Assembly: GCA_002170535.1 (NCBI GenBank)
Contig: NHDW01000004.1
Span: 186,190-250,189, forward strand
Reading direction: 5' to 3'
Length of the DNA stretch: 64,000 nt
Source of the DNA: Methylococcaceae bacterium TMED69
GTDB taxonomy: Bacteria; Pseudomonadota; Gammaproteobacteria; Ga0077536
Positions 30,867 to 40,976 of the stretch are shown here, piece by piece. The stretch's first letter is position 1, and the number at the start of each line of letters is the position of its first letter. The translations under genes and the position numbers were made by a program. The notes below the pieces were generated by a model. That model saw nothing but the letters and a program-made list of their open reading frames with translations, was not told where the DNA came from and did not search any database.

Positions 30867-32014
30867 TTTTCTTCAAGAATGCTAATTACAGGTGACTTTT
30901 TTCCTTCTAAGAATTCTAAGAAAGCACCACCAGCGGTAGAAATATAAGAGATTTTATCCGAAACATTGAATTTCTCGATTGAGGCGATGGTATCCCCTCC
31001 GCCTGCCACTGAGAATGCAGAGGATTCGGCAATTGTTTCCGCTATGGTTCTTGTTCCATTGGCAAAGTTATCGAACTCAAAAACCCCTATCGGACCATTC
31101 CAAAGTATCGTTTTAGCGGATTGAATTTTTGATACGATTTTCTTTAAAGTTTTAGGTCCAAAGTCTAAAATAAGATCATTTTCCCTTATTTCATTGAGAG
31201 GCCTGATAGTACCAATAGCTGTTTTACTAAATTCACTGGCACAAACTACATCTATCGGGAAAACGATATTGTCAATATCTTTAAATAATCTACACGCGTC
31301 TTCATAGGCACCTTTTTCAAAAAGTGATTTCCCAATTTGATGGCCACGTGCTTTTATAATCAGATTTGCTATACCACCCCCTAAGATTAAATGGTCTACT
31401 TGTTTCGATAGATTCTTTATTAAGGCGGTTTTGGTTGATATTTTTGAGCCCCCTACAATTGCCACCGTTGGTGATTCATTTTTCTTTACAACTTTGTAAA
31501 GTGCCTGAACTTCAGATAAAAATAACGGCCCAGCTACTTTAGCTTGTGCAAATTGGGCTACACCATAATTAGATGCATGTGCTCTATGGCTATTAGAAAA
31601 AGCCTCGTTTATAAATATATCGCATAATTTACTCATCTTCTTAGCGAGTTGCGAGTCATTGCTGGTTTCGCCTTTTAGGAATCTCACGTTTTCGCATAAT
31701 AGAACCTCCCCCTTGTTAATCCTGACTCCGTCTATCCAATTTTTTTTAAACTTGACCGGCAGGCCGAGAGTCTTCTCGAGAGTTGGAATAAGTGTGGATG
31801 TTGATAAATTTAAATCTTCTGCTCCCTCTTTTGGCCTGCCAATATGGGTCACTAAGATGATGCTTCCCCCTTTATCAAGAATTTTATGAATGGTGGGTGC
31901 AGTTTGTCTAATCCTGAAGTCGTTGGTAACTTTTTTGTTTTCTAACGGTACGTTGAAATCAACCCTCAATAGTACTTGTTTATCTTCAAAATCAAGTTCT
32001 TCAAAAGGTATCAT
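30863..32014 (-). CDS. pgk: Phosphoglycerate kinase
   Basis: [31 protein letters not shown] and [18 protein letters not shown] overlap with the gap stop. Confidence 0.96.
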   Translation of the reverse strand: MIPFEELDFEDKQVLLRVDFNVPLENKKVTNDFRIRQTAPTIHKILDKGGSIILVTHIGRPKEGAEDLNLSTSTLIPTLEKTLGLPVKFKKNWIDGVRINKGEVLLCENVRFLKGETSNDSQLAKKMSKLCDIFINEAFSNSHRAHASNYGVAQFAQAKVAGPLFLSEVQALYKVVKKNESPTVAIVGGSKISTKTALIKNLSKQVDHLILGGGIANLIIKARGHQIGKSLFEKGAYEDACRLFKDIDNIVFPIDVVCASEFSKTAIGTIRPLNEIRENDLILDFGPKTLKKIVSKIQSAKTILWNGPIGVFEFDNFANGTRTIAETIAESSAFSVAGGGDTIASIEKFNVSDKISYISTAGGAFLEFLEGKKSPVISILEEN

Positions 32015-33024
32015 GAACACTCTTTCATTTTTTTGGCCGTATCTAGCATCCGATTAGAAAAGCCCCACTCATTATCATACCAGCTTACAACCTTTACTAG
32101 GTTTCCCTCTATAACTTTGGTTTGAGCAGGATCTACGATGGATGACCTTGGATCGCCTTTGAAATCGATTGAGACCAGAGGTTCTTCACAAAACCCTAGG
32201 ATACCTTGTAAAGTTGAGTTTGCCTCTTCTTTTAAGATCCTGTTGACCTCTTCAGCACTTGTGTTTCTCTTCGCTTTAAAAGTTAGATCAACGAGCGATA
32301 CTACTAGTGTTGGTACTCTGACAGCGTATCCATCAAGTTTTCCTTTTAATTCAGGTAAGACTAATCCAACGGCGGATGCTGCTCCGGTTTTTGTGGGAAT
32401 TATTGATTGCGTGGCGGACCTGGCTCTTCTTAAATCATCATGATATACGTCACTTAAAACTTGGTCGTTAGTATATGCATGTACTGTGGTCATTAGACCA
32501 CTTTCCACCCCAATTTGCTTTGCTAATGGTTTTACTAAAGGTGCGAGACAATTAGTAGTACAGGATGCATTCGAAACGATTTTGTGGCTTGGTAAAAGGA
32601 CATTGTCATTAACACCATAAACGATTGTGGCATCAACATCATTTCCTGCTGGCGCGGAGATTAAAACTTTTTTGGCCCCTGAGGCGATGTGTTGATTTGC
32701 GCCATTTTTATTGGCGAAGATACCCGTGCATTCAAAAACAATATCTATTTTTAATTCTTCCCAAGGAAGTTTCGATGGGTCTTTTTCATTTAGAACAAAT
32801 ATTTTGTCATGTCCTATTTGTATATGGTCAGAATCTGAGGATATTTTCTGATCCATGGGTCCATAGGCACTGTCATATTTGAGTAAATGCGCATTTGCCG
32901 CGGTATCACCTAGATCATTGATAGCTATAAATTCAAGATCCGCATGTTTTTTAGTTTGATAATGAGCCCTGATAATATTTCTCCCAATTCTTCCAAACCC
33001 ATTGACCGCGATTCTCAATGTCAT
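32011..33024 (-). CDS. gap: Glyceraldehyde-3-phosphate dehydrogenase, type I
   Basis: [20 protein letters not shown] and WYDNEWGFS. Confidence 0.95.
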   Translation of the reverse strand: MTLRIAVNGFGRIGRNIIRAHYQTKKHADLEFIAINDLGDTAANAHLLKYDSAYGPMDQKISSDSDHIQIGHDKIFVLNEKDPSKLPWEELKIDIVFECTGIFANKNGANQHIASGAKKVLISAPAGNDVDATIVYGVNDNVLLPSHKIVSNASCTTNCLAPLVKPLAKQIGVESGLMTTVHAYTNDQVLSDVYHDDLRRARSATQSIIPTKTGAASAVGLVLPELKGKLDGYAVRVPTLVVSLVDLTFKAKRNTSAEEVNRILKEEANSTLQGILGFCEEPLVSIDFKGDPRSSIVDPAQTKVIEGNLVKVVSWYDNEWGFSNRMLDTAKKMKECS

Positions 33025-33046
33025 GATATCTATCTCCTATCTTATT

Positions 33047-35089
33047 TCATGGTTGTCTAAGATAATTTTTTATCTTAATCAGGCAGTTATCTAAGTCTAA
33101 TTCAAATTCTTTAAATAAAATGTCGGCCGGTGCTGAAGCCCCGAACTGATTTATTCCGATAGCAAGCCCTTCCTTCCCGATGTATTTGTACCAAAGGTCT
33201 GTTGATCCGGCTTCAATTGCAATCTTTTTTATACTCTCTGGCAGTACTGTTTTTTTGTATGATTCGTCCTGCTGGTCAAAAACTTGTGAGCAAGGCATGG
33301 AAACAACTTGAATTGCTAAACTCTCCTGCTTTAATGCCGAGGCAATTTCTAGAGCGAGGGAAACTTCAGATCCTGTTGCTATTATACATGCAATAGGATT
33401 GTCGATATTTTTGAGTATATACCCACCTTTTTTTAGATTTTGTATTTCAATTTGGGAAAGATCTAGTTGTGGCATTGATTGTCTAGAGAGGATTAGACAG
33501 GATGGACCGGTTTTTTTTTCGATAGAGGATTGCCAGCCAATGAGGGTTTCGGTTCTATCAGCTGGTCTCCAGACATCTAGATTAGGTATTAGTCGAAGCG
33601 CTTGTAAATGTTCAACAGGTTGGTGAGTGGGGCCATCTTCACCTAAACCTATGGAGTCATGTGTATAAACCAATACAGCGCGAATTTTCATTAAGGCTGC
33701 CATCCTGACGGCGTTTCTGGCGTAGTCTGAAAAGACCAAAAAAGTACCCCCATAGGGGATGCATCCCCCATAAAGTGAGATTCCATTCATTATCGCGGTC
33801 ATTCCAAATTCTCTGACGCCGTAGAAAAGGTAATTGCCTCCATAATCATTTAGATTAAGTGCCCTGCTAGACGTGGAAAACGTGTTGTTGGAACCAGTTA
33901 GATCGGCTGAGCCGCCAATTAACTCGGGTGTAGAAGGAGAGATCATATTCAAAACCGTTTGCGAAGATTTCCGTGTCGCCTCACTCTTTTTATCTTTCTG
34001 AATTTCTATGAGTGAGTTTTGAATGGTTTGGTTCCAATTATTAGGCAGCTTACAATTTACTCTTCGATCTAGTTCCTCCCAGTCTTCAGGGTAATCTTTT
34101 TTATATTTCTCAAGTATAGAATTCCATTCTCTTTCAGCAACCTCTCCTTTCTTCTTGCAATCCCAAGATTCGTAAAATGTTGTTGGAATTTCGAACGGAT
34201 CATAATTCCAATGTAAAGCTTCTCTTGTTTTCTTGATTTCATCTTCGCCAAGAGCTGCCCCATGAGAATCAGCTGTTCCAGATTTGTTAGGGGAACCATA
34301 GCCAATAGTGGTCTTACAAATAATGATTGATGGTCGGTCATGATTATCAATCGCGGAGGAATAAGCTTTATTTAAGCTTTCTATATTGTGGCCATCAACG
34401 TTTTCAATCACATGCCAACCATATGCTGAAAACCTTTCAGCTATATTTTCTGAAAACCAGTTTTTAATATCACCGTCAATCGAAATACCATTAGAATCAT
34501 AAAGAACATTCAATTTTCCCAGTCTTAGAGTTCCAGCTAAGGAGCAGACTTCATGTGAAATTCCTTCCATAAGGCAACCATCACCTACGAACGCGAACGT
34601 TCTGTTGTTGATAAGTTCGATATTTTTTTTATTAAATCTCGCAGACAAGTTTCGTTCCGCAATTGCAAATCCAACAGCGTTCGCAAGACCTTGGCCAAGT
34701 GGCCCAGTTGTGGTTTCGACTCCAGGCGTTTCTCGATATTCAGGATGTCCGGGAGTAGCAGAATGTAGTTGTCTAAACGACTTAAGATCACTGATTGACA
34801 AAGAATATCCGCAAAGATGCAATAGCGAATATATAAGCATGGAGGCATGACCATTTGATAGAACAAATCTATCCCTATTAAACCATTTTGGGTTCTTTGG
34901 ATTATGTTTTAAATAGTTTAACCAAAGGACCATAGCCGCTTCGGCTAACCCCATTGGTGCTCCAGGATGTCCTGATTTCGCTAATTCTACGGCATCGATC
35001 GACAAGAAACGTATTGCATTTGCAAGTTGCCTAGAATTTATTTGGTTTAAAGACTCCAATATGCTCTTCCCTCCGATTTTATAGGTCAC
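33047..35089 (-). CDS. tkt: Transketolase
   Basis: SGHPGAPMG, TTGPLGQG, GDGCLMEG and GEDGPTHQP. Exact start uncertain. Confidence 0.96.
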   Translation of the reverse strand: MTYKIGGKSILESLNQINSRQLANAIRFLSIDAVELAKSGHPGAPMGLAEAAMVLWLNYLKHNPKNPKWFNRDRFVLSNGHASMLIYSLLHLCGYSLSISDLKSFRQLHSATPGHPEYRETPGVETTTGPLGQGLANAVGFAIAERNLSARFNKKNIELINNRTFAFVGDGCLMEGISHEVCSLAGTLRLGKLNVLYDSNGISIDGDIKNWFSENIAERFSAYGWHVIENVDGHNIESLNKAYSSAIDNHDRPSIIICKTTIGYGSPNKSGTADSHGAALGEDEIKKTREALHWNYDPFEIPTTFYESWDCKKKGEVAEREWNSILEKYKKDYPEDWEELDRRVNCKLPNNWNQTIQNSLIEIQKDKKSEATRKSSQTVLNMISPSTPELIGGSADLTGSNNTFSTSSRALNLNDYGGNYLFYGVREFGMTAIMNGISLYGGCIPYGGTFLVFSDYARNAVRMAALMKIRAVLVYTHDSIGLGEDGPTHQPVEHLQALRLIPNLDVWRPADRTETLIGWQSSIEKKTGPSCLILSRQSMPQLDLSQIEIQNLKKGGYILKNIDNPIACIIATGSEVSLALEIASALKQESLAIQVVSMPCSQVFDQQDESYKKTVLPESIKKIAIEAGSTDLWYKYIGKEGLAIGINQFGASAPADILFKEFELDLDNCLIKIKNYLRQP

Positions 35090-35211
35090 TGATTCGTACT
35101 AATTAATGCCTAATTATAGTTCAGACTTCTACTAACTGCACTTATAAAAGTATAATATAGTAAAAACTGAAACAAACCTTCTATATGATATCAGTAAATC
35201 GGAGATAAATA

Positions 35212-36069
35212 TTGATAAGTAAACCATCAGAGACTAAATCAATTAGTTTTGAATTCTTTCCTCCAAATTCAGCAGAGGCTCTCGAGAAACTGGTTTTAGA
35301 AGCTCAAAAATTTTTGATATTTCAGCCAGAATTTTTTTCTGTAACTTTTGGTGCTGGTGGTGGCACAAGAAAAAAAACTCTGCTTACAGCAAATAGTTTG
35401 AATCAAAAATTTAAAATTTCAATAGCGCCACATATTTCATGTATATCTTTAAATGCCGATTTAGCTAGAAGGACGATAAGTCAATATATTGAAGCTGGGC
35501 ACCAACGTCTTGTCGTTCTAAGAGGAGACATGCCCTCCGGTGTGCCAGTAAACAGCGAATTTAGATATGCAAAAGATTTAGTTAAATTCATTTCCAATGA
35601 GTTTAAGGAATCAATTTTTATCGATGTTGCAGCCTATCCGGAATGCCATCCAGAGTCTTTAAATTTTTTTGACGATTTAAAATACTTTAAGGAAAAAGTA
35701 GAAGCAGGAGCGAATCGGGCAATTACACAATATTTTTTCAATTGTGATTCGTATTATAGATTTATTGACGATTGCAACAAGCTTAACATCTCAATTCCTA
35801 TATTAGCTGGGTTAATGCCAATTTCCAATGGAGAAGGAATCTTGAGGTTTTCAAAAAAGTGTAATGCAGACATTCCAAAATGGCTTAGAAACAAAATCGA
35901 ATATTATTCAGACAACAACGATTATTTAATTAAATTAGGAATTGAGTTTATGTCGAAAATGTGTGAATCGCTGCTAGAAAATGAGGCTCCGGGGTTTCAT
36001 TTCTACACGCTTAATAAATCGTATCCTACGATTGAAATATGCAAAAACCTCAATTTTGATAATTGTTGA
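35212..36069 (+). CDS. metF: 5,10-methylenetetrahydrofolate reductase
   Basis: SFEFFPP, SVTFGAGG, LRGD, AAYPECHP, ITQYFF and HFYTLN. Confidence 0.95.
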   Translation: MISKPSETKSISFEFFPPNSAEALEKLVLEAQKFLIFQPEFFSVTFGAGGGTRKKTLLTANSLNQKFKISIAPHISCISLNADLARRTISQYIEAGHQRLVVLRGDMPSGVPVNSEFRYAKDLVKFISNEFKESIFIDVAAYPECHPESLNFFDDLKYFKEKVEAGANRAITQYFFNCDSYYRFIDDCNKLNISIPILAGLMPISNGEGILRFSKKCNADIPKWLRNKIEYYSDNNDYLIKLGIEFMSKMCESLLENEAPGFHFYTLNKSYPTIEICKNLNFDNC

Positions 36070-36101
36070 TTTATCACCTTTCGTAGCGGGCTCTGCAACG
36101 G

Positions 36102-36743
36102 ATGATTAATGCTTTAAAAAATAATTTGGTACCAGCCATACTACTTTTGGTCTTGATTACGTTGTTAGGATATAAATTTTATGTGCTTAGGGTTGAATCA
36201 AAGATTAGGGAAATGGCCGTAAAAATAGTTTCTGTTCATGCTTCTTATAATGAATTTATGCGCGGGGGTAGGTTGTTATCAAATTACGTATTAAACGAAA
36301 TAAAGTACTCCGATATTAACCTGCATAATGGATTTGAGGTTATAGATGCGAAAAATATAGATGATCTAGCAAAGTTTTGGAATGAGTTTTTTCATACGAT
36401 TACAGCACCCGATTCTTTACGAAAATTTGAATCAGGTGAAGAAAAGCCATTTGACGATGTTTCTCTGGATAAAGATAGCAGGAACTTGAATTTAATTTTT
36501 TGGGCTAATGATATTAAACAGGTGCCTTATAAGTTAACTCTCGGTATTTTAATCCAAGGTCGATATGGCGTTCGTCTTGATAAACTTATTGACGATGGTT
36601 CACCAGTGAGCGGTCACATGAAACTTCAACGTGTACTAGATAAAAATAAAATCTCTCGGCGAAATGATAAATGCGCTAACCCTATTTTAAAGAAGCTAAC
36701 AAGTAAAGATCTTGTTGATTGTAACTATGTATATCTGTTTTAA
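36102..36743 (+). CDS. Hypothetical membrane-anchored protein with pilin-like features
   Basis: N-terminal hydrophobic helix, LDKLIDDGSPVSG motif and two C-terminal Cys. Confidence 0.55.
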   Translation: MINALKNNLVPAILLLVLITLLGYKFYVLRVESKIREMAVKIVSVHASYNEFMRGGRLLSNYVLNEIKYSDINLHNGFEVIDAKNIDDLAKFWNEFFHTITAPDSLRKFESGEEKPFDDVSLDKDSRNLNLIFWANDIKQVPYKLTLGILIQGRYGVRLDKLIDDGSPVSGHMKLQRVLDKNKISRRNDKCANPILKKLTSKDLVDCNYVYLF

Positions 36744-36772
36744 TGAACTAAGACTTTAGAGGTGTCCAAAAA

Positions 36773-38134
36773 ATGGAAACACAAATATCAGCACTAACAA
36801 CAATATTTACCGAGTTCTATTACTGGGTAACAGTAGTTCTAATGTTTCTTATTCATGTTGGATTCTGTGTTTACGAGGTCGGAGTTTCTAGGCGAAAAAA
36901 TCATTTACATACTTTAATGAAAAATACGATTTTGATACCTATTGTTACCGTAAGTTTCTTTCTTTTTGGCTGGTGGTTCTACTGGGCTATGCCTAACGGG
37001 CCTGGAATTACCGGTGGATTGGTTTTAGAGGCAGAAGGGTTCGGTGCTAATGAATTAGCCCTTCCATGGTCATCTGCAATGGCTGTAAATTTAGGTGATA
37101 GAATTAACCTTGTATTTTGGGCCGCGTTCCTTTTATTTTCTTGGACCGCAGCATCCATAGTGTCTGGCGCAATAATCGAAAGAATCAGGACGGTTGCTTT
37201 TGCAATTATTGCTGTTGTGATTGGTTCTGTAATATGGGTAATAGATGCCTCCTGGGGTTGGCATTACGCTGGATGGATGGTTAATAAGCTGGGCTATCAT
37301 GACGCTTATGCGTCAGGTGTAATCCACGCCGCCTCCGGCGGCTTTGCTTTGGGAATTTTAGCGGTATTAGGCCCTAGAATAGGAAAATTTAGGAATGGTA
37401 AGGTTAATGTAATAAACCCTCAAAATCCATGGTTAGTTACAATCGGTATATTTTTAATCTATACGGGTTTTTGGGGATTTTACGCAGCTTGCAATGTGCC
37501 TATATATGATATTGGTAGTGACTTCGGAGACGGTCAAAAGTTTTTTTCAGCAACAAATATTTATTTGACACCGACCACTTTGAGCGGAATTACTGCAAAC
37601 TTTCTGATGTCGTTGTCTGGGGGTATGTTAACTAGTTATCTCGTGTCGAAAGGAGATCCGTTTTGGACATATTCAGGTGGTTTAGCAGGTATCATTTTAG
37701 CGTCAGCGGGCAATGATCTTTACAGTCCATTGCAAGCGTTTGCGATTGGCTCAGTTGGAGTTTATTTTGTTTATAAATTACATTTCTATGTTGAAGAGAA
37801 GTTTAAGATAGACGATGCTGTCGGTGCTGTTGCCGTACATGGATACGCAGGTACAATAGGCCTTATAATTTGTGGTTTCGTTTTATGGGGATATCCTGCG
37901 TCGGCATATTATGAAAGCACTATTAACCCTCTAGGAATGATTGTTGGGGCTGCAATAATGTTTGTATTTTTTGGATTTCTGCCTGGCTGGACATTAGCAA
38001 AACTCTTGAATTTTTTGGGAATCCTTCGGATACCTCCTGAAATAGAAATAGCTGGACTTGACTTTGCTTCTGAGAAAAAGACAACCCTGGAGAATGAAAA
38101 TATGGTCTTGGCTGAAATAGAAGAGATTAAATGA
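36773..38134 (+). CDS. Ammonium transporter (Amt) family, divergent subfamily
   Basis: About 11 hydrophobic segments; SGAIIER, twin His (GVIH, DDAVGAVAVHG), LGPRIGKF and EIAGLD. Confidence 0.9.
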   Translation: METQISALTTIFTEFYYWVTVVLMFLIHVGFCVYEVGVSRRKNHLHTLMKNTILIPIVTVSFFLFGWWFYWAMPNGPGITGGLVLEAEGFGANELALPWSSAMAVNLGDRINLVFWAAFLLFSWTAASIVSGAIIERIRTVAFAIIAVVIGSVIWVIDASWGWHYAGWMVNKLGYHDAYASGVIHAASGGFALGILAVLGPRIGKFRNGKVNVINPQNPWLVTIGIFLIYTGFWGFYAACNVPIYDIGSDFGDGQKFFSATNIYLTPTTLSGITANFLMSLSGGMLTSYLVSKGDPFWTYSGGLAGIILASAGNDLYSPLQAFAIGSVGVYFVYKLHFYVEEKFKIDDAVGAVAVHGYAGTIGLIICGFVLWGYPASAYYESTINPLGMIVGAAIMFVFFGFLPGWTLAKLLNFLGILRIPPEIEIAGLDFASEKKTTLENENMVLAEIEEIK

Positions 38135-38334
38135 TGGCAACTATTGAAAATTGGAATAATCTTAACTTCAGCGAAGTATTTGAAATATACCCACTTCTTG
38201 GTACGGAACTAATTTGGTTAATTTTTGTTGTTGTATATTGGATATATTGGCACTTTAAGATTGGTAAATTGGAAAACAATGATTACGAAAATATTCGTAA
38301 AGAAGTTGATTCTAATAATGATCGCCATCAATAA
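38131..38334 (+). CDS. Small single-TM protein coupled to the Amt gene
   Basis: Start overlaps the amt stop; IYPLLG, then a TM helix, then WIYWH. Confidence 0.7.
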   Translation: MMATIENWNNLNFSEVFEIYPLLGTELIWLIFVVVYWIYWHFKIGKLENNDYENIRKEVDSNNDRHQ

Positions 38335-38743
38335 ATTTTTTATAGTTTATCGCAATCTTTTCATCGAAATAGCAACTTTTTCTTCTGTAAATATCAAAAG
38401 AAATTGAAAGGGTAGTTTGAGTAATCAATATTTCTTCTCTTGAACAGATATTTTGTTCCATTATAACTTTTCTTCCATCAAATTTCTTAGCTCTAGTTTT
38501 AATGTTTAATTGGTTGTCGTGGACCCAATGGTAAATAGTAATAGAGCTTTGTAAAGCAACCGTTGATTTCATTTTAGTAGCTATATACTGTTTAGTTAAG
38601 CCCATAGATTTTTTGAAATTTTCTATACCGTCATCAAAAAATTTTGATATAAACAGTAATGGAGGGATTTTGCTAGAGTGCAATTCAGGGAAAGCTTCCA
38701 AATCCACCGAATGCAGATCCCATTTAATAGTGCGTTTTTCCAT
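38312..38743 (-). CDS. Hypothetical protein, possibly hotdog/thioesterase fold
   Basis: 143 aa ATG ORF with a pattern resembling acyl-CoA thioesterases; no clear catalytic motif. Confidence 0.45.
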   Translation of the reverse strand: MEKRTIKWDLHSVDLEAFPELHSSKIPPLLFISKFFDDGIENFKKSMGLTKQYIATKMKSTVALQSSITIYHWVHDNQLNIKTRAKKFDGRKVIMEQNICSREEILITQTTLSISFDIYRRKSCYFDEKIAINYKKFIDGDHY

Positions 38744-38843
38744 CGGAAATAATTCTGTTAAAACTTTAGATTAAGATTTCTAATATATGACTAACCATAT
38801 GAAGAAATGTTATCATTTTAACACCACTTTTAGTATGGGTTCA

Positions 38844-38917
38844 GGCTATGTAGCTCAGCTGGTTAGAGCGCGGCACTCATAACGCCGAGGTCGGTGGTTC
38901 AATCCCACCCATAGCCA
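38844..38917 (+). tRNA. tRNA-Met (CAT), elongator type; CCA not encoded
   Basis: Acceptor stem GGCTATG/CATAGCC, D arm GCTCAGCTGGTTAGAGC, loop CTCATAA and T arm GGTGG-TTCAATC-CCACC. Has G1-C72 and no GGG/CCC initiator stem. Confidence 0.93.
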
Positions 38918-38949
38918 CTAAAATTACTTTTATCGTAATAGGAGGTCAT

Positions 38950-39225
38950 ATGGAAATACATTCCAATGAACAAAAACTCTATTGGAAGACTAATATGAGA
39001 ATCATGGCTATTCTATTAATGATCTGGTTTTTAGTGTCCTTTGGTTTTAGTATTATTTTTATTGATAATTTAAATGAATTAAATTTTTTTGGATTTAAAT
39101 TTGGTTTCTGGTGGGCTCAGCAAGGTTCCATTTTTGTATTTGTTGTATTGGTATTCGTTTATGCTGCTCTAATGAATAGAGTCGACAAGGAATATCAAGA
39201 GAAAGTGAAGGGTAGGCATGAGTAG
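38950..39225 (+). CDS. DUF4212-type small subunit of a sodium:solute symporter
   Basis: YW..N, WFLVSFG and GFWWAQQGSI; overlaps the symporter start. Confidence 0.88.
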   Translation: MEIHSNEQKLYWKTNMRIMAILLMIWFLVSFGFSIIFIDNLNELNFFGFKFGFWWAQQGSIFVFVVLVFVYAALMNRVDKEYQEKVKGRHE

Positions 39226-40966
39226 CCAAACATTAACTTATTTATTCGTGACATTGAGTTTTGTACTCTATGCAGCAATAGCTATTTGGTCACGTGCTGG
39301 CAATACTAAAGATTTTTATGTAGCAAATTCAGGTGTAGGGCCAGTTGCCAATGGCATGGCAACTGCAGCAGATTGGATGAGTGCAGCGTCTTTTATCTCA
39401 TTGGCTGGAATTATTGCGTTTATGGGATATAGCAGTTCTGTGTATTTGATTGGTTGGACTGGAGGATACGTAATTCTCGCGCTGATGCTTGCTCCTTATC
39501 TACGCAAATTTGGAAAATTTACCGTTCCGGATTTTATTGCAACTAGATATTATTCGAAAAAAGCAAGGATGGTGGCAGTTATTGCTTTAATAATCGTTTC
39601 GTTCACCTATATTGCTGGTCAAATGAGGGGAGTTGGCATAGTCTTTTCTCATTTTCTAGAGGTGCCTATAAATACTGGTATTTTGATAGGAATGACTATT
39701 GTGTTTATTTATGCAGTGCTGGGTGGGATGAAAGGAATAACTTATACCCAAGTAGCACAATATTGTATAATGATTTTTGCTTATCTGGTCCCCGCTATTT
39801 ATATATCAATGATGGTGACTGGCTCACCTATACCGCAGATTGGACTTGGCGCAACTGTTATTGGCTCTGAAGATTCGGTCTTAGAAAGATTAGATAGTGT
39901 TTTATCCGACTTAGGATTTCAGGAATATACTGCCACTGTTCGGTCGAAAATAGATATGGCCGCTATTACAATGGCGTTAATGTTAGGTACAGCCGGGCTT
40001 CCCCACGTCATAGTGCGGTTCTTTACAGTACCTAAAGTATCTGATGCCAGGAAATCAGCCGCTTATGCTTTGCTTTTTATAGCAATTTTATATACTACGG
40101 CCCCGGCTGTGGGAGCTTTTGCCCGATTAAATTTTATTGATACCGTTCATAATACTCCCTATAAAGACGCTCCCAACTGGATCAAACAATGGGAAGAGGT
40201 TGGACTGATAGCATGGGTTGACAAAAATAATGATGGAGTTATGAACTACGGTCCCGGTAAACCATTTGAAGGAAAGCTGGAATTCAAGGGCGATGATGAA
40301 GGGGTTCTGGGGGAAAGAATCGTCTTAAATGATGTTTCTTCCAATCAGAATGAAATATATGTGGATAGGGACATTATGGTCCTTGCAAATCCAGCGATAG
40401 CTGGACTTCCTAATTGGGTGATTGCATTAGTAGCAGCTGGAGGACTAGCGGCTGCACTATCTACGGCGGCTGGGCTACTATTAGTTATTTCATCGGCTAT
40501 TTCCCACGATTTGATTCGGGAAACCTTTGCGGCGAAGATTTCTGACAGAACAGAACTATTGCTGGCAAGGATTGCTGCAGCAACCGCGATATGTATCGCA
40601 GGGTATTTGGGTATTAATCCACCTGGATTCGTCGCAGAGGTAGTGGCGCTTGCGTTCGGGTTAGCGGCATCATCGCTATTTCCACCAATAGTTTTAGGAA
40701 TTTTTACGAAAAGAATTAATGATTTAGGTGCAATTACCGGAATGGTTATAGGTCTTTTGACTACATCCACTTATATATTCTATTATAAGTTTTTAAACCC
40801 AAATCTAAATATCCAAGAGAATTGGTTTTTCGGCATATCTCCGGAAGGATTTGGAATCGTAGGAGCTTTAATAAATCTTTTAGCCGCGATTTTAGTGAGC
40901 ATGGTAACCAAGCCCCCAAATCAGAATATTCATAAATTAGTTGACAATATAAGATTACCTAATTAA
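39218..40966 (+). CDS. Sodium:solute symporter (ActP-related)
   Basis: NGMATAADWMSAASF, GGMKGITYTQVAQY, GTAGLPHVIVRFFTV and LAAALSTAAGLL. Confidence 0.92.
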   Translation: MSSQTLTYLFVTLSFVLYAAIAIWSRAGNTKDFYVANSGVGPVANGMATAADWMSAASFISLAGIIAFMGYSSSVYLIGWTGGYVILALMLAPYLRKFGKFTVPDFIATRYYSKKARMVAVIALIIVSFTYIAGQMRGVGIVFSHFLEVPINTGILIGMTIVFIYAVLGGMKGITYTQVAQYCIMIFAYLVPAIYISMMVTGSPIPQIGLGATVIGSEDSVLERLDSVLSDLGFQEYTATVRSKIDMAAITMALMLGTAGLPHVIVRFFTVPKVSDARKSAAYALLFIAILYTTAPAVGAFARLNFIDTVHNTPYKDAPNWIKQWEEVGLIAWVDKNNDGVMNYGPGKPFEGKLEFKGDDEGVLGERIVLNDVSSNQNEIYVDRDIMVLANPAIAGLPNWVIALVAAGGLAAALSTAAGLLLVISSAISHDLIRETFAAKISDRTELLLARIAAATAICIAGYLGINPPGFVAEVVALAFGLAASSLFPPIVLGIFTKRINDLGAITGMVIGLLTTSTYIFYYKFLNPNLNIQENWFFGISPEGFGIVGALINLLAAILVSMVTKPPNQNIHKLVDNIRLPN

Positions 40967-40976
40967 ATCTGATGAA

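Noticed and set aside
35090..35211. SAH/SAM riboswitch upstream of metF
   Set aside because: The region is short and AT-rich with no recognisable aptamer motif or stable stems.
36064..36105. Possible Sec readthrough at the metF stop (...NC-TGA)
   Set aside because: MetF is already full length, the family has no C-terminal redox motif, and I see no convincing SECIS.
38844..38950. tRNA-Met as an integration site for a genomic island
   Set aside because: No integrase, transposase or duplicated tRNA 3' end was seen in the window.
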